Of a stretch of DNA of 64,000 nucleotides, positions 50,990 through 59,927 are shown piece after piece. How positions within the stretch are numbered: position 1 is the first letter of the stretch; every line of letters begins with the position of its first letter. The DNA is taken from IMG/VR virus record IMGVR_UViG_3300044991_001301; one strand, written 5' to 3'. The notes beneath the pieces are model-generated. The model was not told where the DNA came from. It saw nothing but the letters and a program-made list of their open reading frames with translations, and searched no databases. The translations under genes and the position numbers were made by a program. This DNA comes from a virus.

Positions 50990-51645
50990 CGGAGTTCGTA
51001 AGCGTTGCTGATTTCTAATGATTTAATGCAAACCCAGGGTGGCTGTGATATAATCCATTCAATTGTCTGTGCAATGTACTCTGGTTGCATGGGAGTGTAC
51101 GAGTTGAATTTGTAATTGGTATAATTTTCATCTGGCGGAGGCCGAGAGCTGACCGCTGCGATCATGTCTGTATATATGTAGTCTGGTTCTAAGCTGGTTA
51201 TGACTAGTGGTTTTGCTCTTTTATTTGATAGGTTGTTGCTTAGATTTTTTAAAAAAACTTTGGATGCTTTGTAGGTTAACTCACTGAGGCTACTTGCATG
51301 ACGTCCGGATATGTTAGCAGACACGCTAGATACATTGATTATATGTCCCCATAGCATCTTTTTATAAAAATTTAATAATAAAAATCCTGCCGCTTCTATG
51401 TTAGTACTATACATCGCATCAAAATTGCTGCCAGCAACACCAGCATTATTAATGAATACCTTTGGTGTGTATTTTTCAACTAACATTTCTCTAAAAACAG
51501 GATCAGTTATGTCTCCGAGTTCAGTTACAAATTCTCCAGGTGTTCTTGCAACTCCCACAATAGAGTAAGAATCATTAAAATGTTGGGCGCAGGCTAGACC
51601 AACGCCGCGGCTTGATCCAGTTATTAACATAATTGGTTTAGTCAT
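50983..51645 (-). CDS. Short-chain dehydrogenase/reductase (SDR)
   Basis: ITGSSRGVG, INNAG, INVSS and catalytic YKASK. Confidence 0.92.
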   Translation of the reverse strand: MTKPIMLITGSSRGVGLACAQHFNDSYSIVGVARTPGEFVTELGDITDPVFREMLVEKYTPKVFINNAGVAGSNFDAMYSTNIEAAGFLLLNFYKKMLWGHIINVSSVSANISGRHASSLSELTYKASKVFLKNLSNNLSNKRAKPLVITSLEPDYIYTDMIAAVSSRPPPDENYTNYKFNSYTPMQPEYIAQTIEWIISQPPWVCIKSLEISNAYELRQ

Positions 51646-51660
51646 TCTTTATCTTCTCTA

Positions 51661-52284
51661 TTAATTTATTTCTCTTGCCGCCCTACTTAAACGACCCCGA
51701 CGTATAACTAACGTTTTGTTATTTTGGCTAGATAAAGTTTTAATTCCGACATCCCCGATTATTTCGCGAATGTAATCCCATTTAATGTCTGCTAAATTGG
51801 ATAAGAAATGAATATTCTCGATCTCATATCTCTCTAAGAATAAAGAAGGATTTACCGTTTCAATAATTTTTTTAACGTTCTTTTTTCTTGAAGTTGAAAT
51901 GCTGTCACGTACTACGTAATAGAATTCAAAGTACTCTTTAGTTTCTGCATACTTAATGCCCGCTGCCATCATCGAAAGACAAACTTCAGCATAATAATCG
52001 GTTAATTTTAAAGTAGACTTACTGTTCTTGACATATACATTTGAAAAAATCCAAATAGGAATAATTTTCCAAAAATGTTGGGTGGAAATGCCTACACATA
52101 TATTGTTGTCATAGCAACCATACACTCTACCAACTGTTAACATATTTTGCAACTTTTGTAACAGGCTAGAATGATCTATTGGAATTCCGTATATCGTGGT
52201 ATGATGAAATATACAACTTTTTATATCTTCAATGTCATTTATGGTTAATTCTCTGGAGTGCATACTATATACCGGGTTATTCAA
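51661..52284 (-). CDS. GNAT-fold-like hypothetical protein (paralogue of 48231-48821)
   Basis: RELT..D...I...F N-terminus plus motifs shared with 48231-48821. The start may be ATG at 52263. Confidence 0.5.
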   Translation of the reverse strand: MNNPVYSMHSRELTINDIEDIKSCIFHHTTIYGIPIDHSSLLQKLQNMLTVGRVYGCYDNNICVGISTQHFWKIIPIWIFSNVYVKNSKSTLKLTDYYAEVCLSMMAAGIKYAETKEYFEFYYVVRDSISTSRKKNVKKIIETVNPSLFLERYEIENIHFLSNLADIKWDYIREIIGDVGIKTLSSQNNKTLVIRRGRLSRAAREIN

Positions 52285-52334
52285 CTTAACTTAGTGATTT
52301 TTAGCTTTGGACCTAATTGTAGATAAATATATTT

Positions 52335-53090
52335 ATGTTCTCAGCTAGCGCTCAAACAATACCTAAAGTACAGTTAGTAACTGGAATTGCCTCGTTATTT
52401 GGAATATTCTGGGCAGACTTCACCGGTCCTAACATAGCTATACTGGTTGCTAGTTTTTATATTTATAGCATTTTAGGCATAAGCCTAACTTTTCACCGTT
52501 ATTACTCGCACCATTCATTCGAATTTAAATATGCGTTTATAAAATGGATATGCACATTGATTGCGATTTTATCAGGCAGGGGCAGTCCAATTGGATGGGT
52601 GTATATTCATAGAATTCATCACGCATATTCAGACACTCCCAAAGATCCACACAGTCCTAAGTATTTGGGATTTAAACTATTTGGATTCAAACACGTTAAA
52701 AAACATCTCAGCGGAGATATGAATTATTTTATAGTTAAAGACTTGATGAAGCCAATTCAATTGAAAATTAACAAATATTATTTTTTGATTATTTTAGTTT
52801 TTGTTCTATTGCTGGGAGTAATAAATTTAAATCTATTATATTTTGTGTGGATTCTACCGGTGTTCTTGATACAGTTAAGTCAAAAAGCTTTTAACTATTA
52901 TTCACACACTAGTGGATACAGAAACTTTGACACAAAGGATAATAGTACTAACAATATTTGGCTATGGCCATTTATCTGGGGCGACGCCTGGCATAACAAT
53001 CATCACGCTAATGCAGCCGACTTATCTACCAAAGTGCGCAAATATGAGTTTGATCCGGTGGTAACTCTGGCAAACGTAATTAGAAAATAA
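52335..53090 (+). CDS. Membrane fatty-acid desaturase 2
   Basis: His boxes HRYYSH, HRIHH and WHNNHH; DPHSP. Confidence 0.93.
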   Translation: MFSASAQTIPKVQLVTGIASLFGIFWADFTGPNIAILVASFYIYSILGISLTFHRYYSHHSFEFKYAFIKWICTLIAILSGRGSPIGWVYIHRIHHAYSDTPKDPHSPKYLGFKLFGFKHVKKHLSGDMNYFIVKDLMKPIQLKINKYYFLIILVFVLLLGVINLNLLYFVWILPVFLIQLSQKAFNYYSHTSGYRNFDTKDNSTNNIWLWPFIWGDAWHNNHHANAADLSTKVRKYEFDPVVTLANVIRK

Positions 53091-53101
53091 TAAATACATA
53101 T

Positions 53102-53884
53102 ATGCACACATTCACTACATTCACTACATCCAGTACTAAAGGTGTACAATCATTTATGATATTATCGTTGTTAGGTACTATTATTGCACTATGTATCTAC
53201 GGGGTGTCAATTAATGCGGTATTGCTCACTTTTGCAGGTTATTTTTTATATGGGTGTTTAGGAATTGTAGTTACGTATCATAGAAGATTGACACATAGCA
53301 GTTACAAAACCTATACATTACTGACTAGAGTGTTGTCTGTGATTGGATGCTTTGCTGGAACAGGAAGCCCGCTAGCTTGGGTAGCTATCCATATCAATCA
53401 TCACTTGAAGAGCGATCAGGTAGATGACCCGCATAGTCCAATACACAAAGGTCTTAGAATCTTTACCCTTGATTATGTAAATGAAGTTGATGCTGATACT
53501 AAATGGCGTATGAGAGCGTTAGTTACAGACAAGTTCCATCAATTCCTACATAGGTATTATTTTGTAATCTTAGCAGGGTATAGTCTTTTATTGTTCATGA
53601 TTGGTGGATTTTGGTTAGTAGTGTTCGCACACTTGGCACCAGCATCATTAACCGGGATAATGAGCAATGTTGTGAACTATGTTGGACACAAACCAACTTG
53701 GTGGGGAGGCTACCGTAGTTATAACTTGAATGATCACTCAGCAAACAATTGGCTATGGGCTATTCCAAGCTGGGGTGAGGCCTGGCATAACAATCATCAT
53801 AGATTTCCTAAAAATTATACCTACACACAAAAATGGTGGGAATTTGACATTTCTGGATTAATCATTAAAATAATTAAAACATGA
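53102..53884 (+). CDS. Membrane fatty-acid desaturase 3
   Basis: His boxes HRRLTH, HINHH and GEAWHNNHH; DPHSP; WWEFD. Confidence 0.93.
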   Translation: MHTFTTFTTSSTKGVQSFMILSLLGTIIALCIYGVSINAVLLTFAGYFLYGCLGIVVTYHRRLTHSSYKTYTLLTRVLSVIGCFAGTGSPLAWVAIHINHHLKSDQVDDPHSPIHKGLRIFTLDYVNEVDADTKWRMRALVTDKFHQFLHRYYFVILAGYSLLLFMIGGFWLVVFAHLAPASLTGIMSNVVNYVGHKPTWWGGYRSYNLNDHSANNWLWAIPSWGEAWHNNHHRFPKNYTYTQKWWEFDISGLIIKIIKT

Positions 53885-55353
53885 ATTGTATATTACTATA
53901 CGGCAGTAATATGATGCCGTTACAAAAACACGGTGGGGTCTTTAGAATTGCGTCAGAATTAAGAAAGCACGATTATTCGGTAATGTGCTTAGATATGGGA
54001 GCATTTGAACGAGTAAGCAAACTAGATCAAATCGCAGAAATCCTATCGAATGTAGTTACTGAAACTACACTGTGGGTAGGCTTTAGTACTTCGTTCTTTG
54101 ATAAGATATTTGGATTGAATTTTCGTTCAAAACGTGAGACAAGTCCCAAGCTAGAGGCATTTCTCGCGTTTATACGCACATTAAATCCCGATATAAAAAT
54201 AATTGCGGGCGGATCTAGATACTTTCCGTTGGAAAGACACGGGGTTACTATTTTCAAAGGTTATAGTGATAAAGAGATTGTTGACTTTACAAAATGGTGC
54301 TCCACAAAAAAATTATCTAACTTAGAATTTACTACTAGCTTAGTTCAAGGAACTGAATTTAAAGAGTTCTCTTCTAGCCAAATCCGATATGTGAAAGAAG
54401 ATTTAGTACAATCATTAGACGCCCCTCCTATCGAAATAAGTAGGGGATGTATTTTTAAATGTAAATTTTGTGCATTTCCGTTAAACGGAAAAACAAAGGG
54501 TGATTGGGTCAAGCACGGAGAAATATTGCTAGATGAGTTGAATTATAACTATGATAAGTTTGGAATAACACATTATACCTTCACAGATGACACCTACAAC
54601 GATAGCCTAGACAAGTTAAAATATTTACACGATACCGTATTTTCTAAACTTAAATTTCAGATACACTTTTCAAGTTATCTACGCCTAGACTTATTGATGA
54701 GATTTCCTGAATCAATAGAATATTTAAAAGCATCTGGTCTTCGCTCTGCTATGTTTGGAATAGAGACTATCAACCACCAATCAGCAAAAGCAATAGGAAA
54801 AGGTGTAGAACCGTATACACAACTGGAGTATATAAGGGAATTAAAACAGAATGCCTTTAAGGACATACTGATATCGTCAGGGTTTATTCTAGGGTTACCC
54901 TATGATACATTCGATACTTTACAGGAGTTTGATGAATTTCTATCTTCAGACAGAAATTATTTGGACTCTTGGCATATTAGCGCACTGGGAATAACCCCTC
55001 CCAATCGATTCAATAACACTTTTTATTCTGAGTTTGATCTAACATACGAAAAATATGGTTATGAAGTAGACGATTTCGGCTGGTTTAATAAAAATACAGG
55101 ATTATCATATGCCCATTGTTATCAAATTGCCGAAACCATAATGGAAAAATCAAAGAAGCACCCGAAATGTAAATTTGCTGGATTTTCGTATAATTATGTT
55201 CGTAGATTAGGTATACCGGAGTCTGACATAATAACTCTATCAAGAACAGAATTAGAATCTAAATATAATTTGGGACTGTTAAGTAATCAAGAGTGTGAAA
55301 CTTATGTAACTAGTATGCTAAACTTATCCCGAGATATTAAAAATTTAAGATGA
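53881..55353 (+). CDS. Radical SAM enzyme with a putative B12-binding N-terminal domain
   Basis: EISRGCIFKCKFC (CxxxCxxC), FTDDT, FGIET, GFILGLP; N-terminal VGFST / IIAGG. Confidence 0.9.
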   Translation: MNCILLYGSNMMPLQKHGGVFRIASELRKHDYSVMCLDMGAFERVSKLDQIAEILSNVVTETTLWVGFSTSFFDKIFGLNFRSKRETSPKLEAFLAFIRTLNPDIKIIAGGSRYFPLERHGVTIFKGYSDKEIVDFTKWCSTKKLSNLEFTTSLVQGTEFKEFSSSQIRYVKEDLVQSLDAPPIEISRGCIFKCKFCAFPLNGKTKGDWVKHGEILLDELNYNYDKFGITHYTFTDDTYNDSLDKLKYLHDTVFSKLKFQIHFSSYLRLDLLMRFPESIEYLKASGLRSAMFGIETINHQSAKAIGKGVEPYTQLEYIRELKQNAFKDILISSGFILGLPYDTFDTLQEFDEFLSSDRNYLDSWHISALGITPPNRFNNTFYSEFDLTYEKYGYEVDDFGWFNKNTGLSYAHCYQIAETIMEKSKKHPKCKFAGFSYNYVRRLGIPESDIITLSRTELESKYNLGLLSNQECETYVTSMLNLSRDIKNLR

Positions 55354-56276
55354 TACATCTATGCGAACACAATTGGCATCAATGGCAATATGGCAACGAT
55401 CTACCATATGGCCGGCAGACCGCTAACGAACCATTTAAAACTATCTATCATAAAACAGATAAACTGATTCGGTCATATAAAGAAGAGTTATTGATCGCTG
55501 CCCAAAGCACAATGGATCATTACCCTGGATTGCAGCCTAGTATTTTTTTTAGTGGCGGAGCTGATAGTGAACTCGTATTACGTTCTTATTTGGGAATAGG
55601 TGCTAATCCAAAAGTCTTTATCATACGTTATGAAAATGATTATAACATATATGATGTTAGTTATGCAGTAACTATTTGTTCGTTGTTAAATACACCGTAT
55701 ACTATTATTGATTTTAATTTAACAAAATTTTATGAAAATGACGCCGAATCTATCTCTGAGATGGCACAAATAGACAGACCTAGAGCCCTGCCATATTGTA
55801 AATTTTTAGAGATCGATGATGGTTTTCCGGTCTTGGGAGAGGGAGATCCTTATTGGGTACGTCTAACTAATGACTACTCTCAACCCGGTCTCTGGAAATT
55901 CAGAGACGTAGAAACGTTCATTGGATGGGAAAAATATGCTATACATCTAGATAAGCCGGCGGTAGTTCAATTTTTAAAATGGTCACCGGGTCTAGTATTG
56001 GCCCATACAAACCTTACTTGGTTTAAAAAACTAATTAATGATGAATACTATGGTAAGTTAGGCACAAACTCTACGAAGCTTATTGGCTATCGGGAAGTAT
56101 ACCCGGACATGATTGATAGACAGAAAAAAACAGGTTTTGAAAAAATAGATAGTTTGATAAATGAATTTGCGTTATTCCTTCAAAAAAAGTACTCGGGATC
56201 TCATTATGTGCATCTAGTAGATAGAACTGTGGACGAGCTTTGGATGGAAATAGCCGGATTTGAGTATGAGGCCTAG
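55350..56276 (+). CDS. PP-loop ATPase 2 (close paralogue of 47315-48256)
   Basis: FFSGGADSELVLR, NDYN..D, IDF...FY, NSTK and KTGFEK match ATPase 1. Confidence 0.75.
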   Translation: MIHLCEHNWHQWQYGNDLPYGRQTANEPFKTIYHKTDKLIRSYKEELLIAAQSTMDHYPGLQPSIFFSGGADSELVLRSYLGIGANPKVFIIRYENDYNIYDVSYAVTICSLLNTPYTIIDFNLTKFYENDAESISEMAQIDRPRALPYCKFLEIDDGFPVLGEGDPYWVRLTNDYSQPGLWKFRDVETFIGWEKYAIHLDKPAVVQFLKWSPGLVLAHTNLTWFKKLINDEYYGKLGTNSTKLIGYREVYPDMIDRQKKTGFEKIDSLINEFALFLQKKYSGSHYVHLVDRTVDELWMEIAGFEYEA

Positions 56277-56282
56277 TGAAGA

Positions 56283-57452
56283 ATGAGATTAAATGGACAT
56301 TATGTTGTTAATGGAGTAGTTATCGCCAATAAACTACGAGCTATTCTTGAGGCTAGTAGAACCAAAACTAGCTTACAGTGGGTTTTTTTTGATGAAATCT
56401 TTGCAGAACCTAGTAATATTAACTTTCACACCGTATCATTAAAAGAACTGTATAGAATTAGAGCACAGCAACTGCGAGATACCAATGATTATTTAATTCT
56501 TAATTATAGTGGCGGAAGTGACAGCCACAACATATTAATGACGTTCTTAGAGAACCGTATACCGCTAGATCATCTGTACATTCAATGGCCTGAGAGACTA
56601 ATGGATAAGGGAATTTATACTCCCAATGCCATAGATAGAACAAATGCCAATTTCCATTCAGAATGGGATTTAGTAATAAAAAAAGATTTAGAATGGATCG
56701 GTAATAAGAATCCTGAAATTAAGATTGAAATAGGTGATTGGACAAACACACTTAATGAGCAATTTTACAATGATGACATCTTTACCAATGATGTTAGTAA
56801 TCTTCCTAGCATTGCTAGGTCGCAGAAACAGACCACCTTTAGTCCGACTGAGGGCAAGTTAGCATTACACGGTAAAAAAGTAGCAAGCATATTTGGCGTA
56901 GACAAACCTAGTATAGTTAAAAAAGGTAATCAATGGTTCTTTTACTTTATTGATACCGCTTGCATGGCACAACCTAACCCTGATAATCCACACGGTACTG
57001 AGTATTTTTATTGGAGCCCCGACTTCCCGGAGATTGCCCACGCACAAGCTCGGGCTATGAAAAGATATTTTGAAATTAATACCAGTAAAACATACTTAGT
57101 ACAAGCCATGTCGGAGAGAATTCAGGCTCTACCGAGTTTACCAATAACTACTAAAAGTTATGAAAAACACTATCTTGAATATTCTCAGCTTGCAGAAATA
57201 GCAAAATTAGTATGTTATCCTTATTGGGATTTCAACAGATTCCAAGCAGATAAACCCTTCGCAGTACTGGATGGATTTAAAATGGGAATGAGGGCGTGGG
57301 ATAATATACTATCCAAAGTTCCCGGGTTTGATCGAGTACAGCAAGCTTGGGAATATCATTGGAAAAGCTATCTAGATCAAATTGATATGCGATTTATGAG
57401 AAACAATGATACACTAAATGTTTGCAAAACAGTATGGCACCCTATTAATTAA
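56283..57452 (+). CDS. PP-loop ATPase 3 (distinct subtype)
   Basis: RAQQLRD..DYLILNYSGGSDSHNIL, FGVDKP, EYFYWSPD. Confidence 0.75.
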   Translation: MRLNGHYVVNGVVIANKLRAILEASRTKTSLQWVFFDEIFAEPSNINFHTVSLKELYRIRAQQLRDTNDYLILNYSGGSDSHNILMTFLENRIPLDHLYIQWPERLMDKGIYTPNAIDRTNANFHSEWDLVIKKDLEWIGNKNPEIKIEIGDWTNTLNEQFYNDDIFTNDVSNLPSIARSQKQTTFSPTEGKLALHGKKVASIFGVDKPSIVKKGNQWFFYFIDTACMAQPNPDNPHGTEYFYWSPDFPEIAHAQARAMKRYFEINTSKTYLVQAMSERIQALPSLPITTKSYEKHYLEYSQLAEIAKLVCYPYWDFNRFQADKPFAVLDGFKMGMRAWDNILSKVPGFDRVQQAWEYHWKSYLDQIDMRFMRNNDTLNVCKTVWHPIN

Positions 57453-57480
57453 ATGAACGTATATACGGACTAAATAACAC

Positions 57481-57783
57481 GTGTACATATTTTTTAAGGA
57501 AGAAACAAGACCATCAGTAACGATTCCTTTTTATGCTGAAAGGAATCCAGCGTCATCTGCCTATAGGAAATACTTCAATGACACCTATATTACTACTGGT
57601 ATCTTCATACTATCAGTGGTAACTTATTCAGAAGATCGGTTAACGTTAACTAATAAGATGACATGGATTTCGCGTGCAGGATTCTTACAGTTTTCGACAG
57701 ACTCATTTTGTTATGACACCCAGATAATTCCAAATAGAATATATAATCGTGAAAATAATATTATATCACGCATATTATTATAG
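57481..57783 (+). CDS. Small hypothetical protein (paralogue of 58434-58748)
   Basis: GTG start just after TAAATA; shares RPS..I.F, TY..T, S.D.LT.T...W and R..YN..N with its paralogue. Confidence 0.6.
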   Translation: MYIFFKEETRPSVTIPFYAERNPASSAYRKYFNDTYITTGIFILSVVTYSEDRLTLTNKMTWISRAGFLQFSTDSFCYDTQIIPNRIYNRENNIISRILL

Positions 57784-57803
57784 TAGAAGAAAGCAAATAA
57801 ATA

Positions 57804-58394
57804 ATGTCAATGAATTCTCCAATTTGGAAACAGTTTGATTCCTCTGTTTTTTTTAAAGACTTACAAATACCATCTGACTGGGAAACATTAGAGGATTTTG
57901 TAAATTGGTATATGGAGTCTAAAATTCCCATGATGATTCCTTGGAACGCTGAAGTGGTGCGTAGTGATGATGCCGTTGCTATTTGTTTGTTCAGACACGG
58001 GGCATACCAAGTTGAATTATACTTAGTATATCCTCAAATGTATATACGTAACCATTCGCATCCTAGAATGGAAGTCATAACTATGGATTTAGGTGGAGGC
58101 AGCTTATCACCACGCCAACCAAACAATACTTCAAGGACATGGGGAGATACCTCTACGAAAATACTATCAGGTGAATATCACGGTGGAGAAACCGGTAGTT
58201 TATTAGGAAATGGATTTTGTATTCTTTCATTTGAAAAATGGCATAACGTTGATGAAATGACTTCAGCTGCCATTCAATGGAAAGGGGAGTTACAGGGTCC
58301 TATTCAAACAAGTCTGATTAAAACACACAAACCAGATGCAGTAATTATTCCGGATAAGTATGCTGATGTGTCTGATGCATTTATAAATCTCTAA
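57804..58394 (+). CDS. Cupin-like hypothetical protein
   Basis: HSHP..E and a later YHG resemble cupin metal ligands. Confidence 0.5.
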   Translation: MSMNSPIWKQFDSSVFFKDLQIPSDWETLEDFVNWYMESKIPMMIPWNAEVVRSDDAVAICLFRHGAYQVELYLVYPQMYIRNHSHPRMEVITMDLGGGSLSPRQPNNTSRTWGDTSTKILSGEYHGGETGSLLGNGFCILSFEKWHNVDEMTSAAIQWKGELQGPIQTSLIKTHKPDAVIIPDKYADVSDAFINL

Positions 58395-58433
58395 TTTTAA
58401 AGATAAATATATTATAACTTTATAGGAAAAAAT

Positions 58434-58748
58434 ATGTATCAGATTATAAGAACCGCAGCAAGACCGTCGCTTGATATAGAATTTTTTAAAGTAAGTGATA
58501 TTGATGACGTTTCAAATCATTTTATGACATATTGGGTTGAAACCTACAGACACACTGATAAATTATTGTTATTGGTACAAGAACATTCAGATGACCAGTT
58601 GACCATGACAACTACATTTATTTGGGATAGTGAAGAGACTTGTAATGACGTGTATGCAGATCCGGTAGTTAGTAACTATTGGGCTATTCGCGATGCATAT
58701 AATGTTGCAAACGGGGTGACGTTCTCAGAAGTAAGAGCCGCCCTGTAA
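58434..58748 (+). CDS. Small hypothetical protein (paralogue of 57481-57783)
   Basis: SD agga; shared motifs as listed for 57481-57783. Confidence 0.6.
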   Translation: MYQIIRTAARPSLDIEFFKVSDIDDVSNHFMTYWVETYRHTDKLLLLVQEHSDDQLTMTTTFIWDSEETCNDVYADPVVSNYWAIRDAYNVANGVTFSEVRAAL

Positions 58749-58784
58749 CACATCTTGGAGCTCCTCATAATGAGGATCATAATA

Positions 58785-59924
58785 ATGGAACTTTTTAATC
58801 CCCTGTCAAGTGATTGGCTCTCATATAAATTTGAGATGTATAAAAAAATGCAGGTAATGGACACTGCATATTATTGTGAAAAATATAATGGATATGTATT
58901 TACCCGATACGATGACGTAAAATACGCATTAAAAAATCACGATATTTTTTCCTCCGGTCGCGGAAATCTTATTCAAGAATCCCCACATCGGTTCAATAGA
59001 ACACTTGGGGCGTCTGATGATCCAATGCATAGTATCCTCAAAAACATAGTTAAAGAAGCATATAGCAAAGAGAACATTCAACGAATAGTCAATTGTTTTG
59101 TAGAAAGGTCAACAGAGTTGTTGGCTGTTAATAATTCAGTTTTTAACTTGTCAAGTTTAGTAGAAGAGGCTAGTGCTTGGGTCAGTACAGAAATTCTGAA
59201 TTTACCGCATTGCAAAAAAGAAGTTCATAGATTAGTACTTGGCATATTACGGCATGCTAGCCAATCTGTGGCACACAATGTAGATCAGTCATACTATACT
59301 GAATTTACTAAGTTAATAGTTAGTTTGCTTAAAAATAAAGTACCGTCAGTTGGTCCTGGAATATACCATGAATTCATAACACATAGTAAAGACGACACAT
59401 TGATTTCATTATTTACCGGTCCAACTATTTCTGGAGTTGGATCATTGTCTGGCGCTCTGGGATTTTTAGCAGTAGACCTATATAGGGAGGATCTATTTGA
59501 GACATTAAATCAAGATAGATCATTGATTCCCGGGCTGATTAACGAATCATTGAGGTACAATTCTTCATCAGGTAGAAAAGTTAGAACGGTAACAAGAGAT
59601 ATTAGTATGCATAATGTATCCTTGAAATTGGGCGATAAGGTTATTTTGTCTCTAGAGGCAGCAAACAGAGATCCTAATATGTTTGCTGACCCAGATAAAT
59701 TCTTACCAGAACGCGAAAATGCAGGAAGCCTTGCGTTTGGATATGGAATGCACGCCTGTATTGCATCCGTTATTAGTAAGAAGGTACTTCAAGTATGGGT
59801 CGAGTTGTTACTAGGTACATTAGGTAAATATAAAATAACGCCAGACCCCTCAGGATTCGTCTTTCAGATTACCTCTTCCGGTAATCAAGACTCTGTAACT
59901 AATCTGATGGTGGAAACTATTTAG
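58785..59924 (+). CDS. Cytochrome P450
   Basis: TRYDDVK..L....FSS, D.P.H, ESLR (ExxR), AANRDP..F.DPD.F..ER and the heme motif FGYGMHACIA. Confidence 0.92.
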   Translation: MELFNPLSSDWLSYKFEMYKKMQVMDTAYYCEKYNGYVFTRYDDVKYALKNHDIFSSGRGNLIQESPHRFNRTLGASDDPMHSILKNIVKEAYSKENIQRIVNCFVERSTELLAVNNSVFNLSSLVEEASAWVSTEILNLPHCKKEVHRLVLGILRHASQSVAHNVDQSYYTEFTKLIVSLLKNKVPSVGPGIYHEFITHSKDDTLISLFTGPTISGVGSLSGALGFLAVDLYREDLFETLNQDRSLIPGLINESLRYNSSSGRKVRTVTRDISMHNVSLKLGDKVILSLEAANRDPNMFADPDKFLPERENAGSLAFGYGMHACIASVISKKVLQVWVELLLGTLGKYKITPDPSGFVFQITSSGNQDSVTNLMVETI

Positions 59925-59927
59925 GGG

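Noticed and set aside
57770-57803. Possible frameshift at the end of 57481-57783 (another frame continues IIIVEESK)
   Set aside because: The ORF length already matches its paralogue at 58434-58748, and there is no slippery site or other support.
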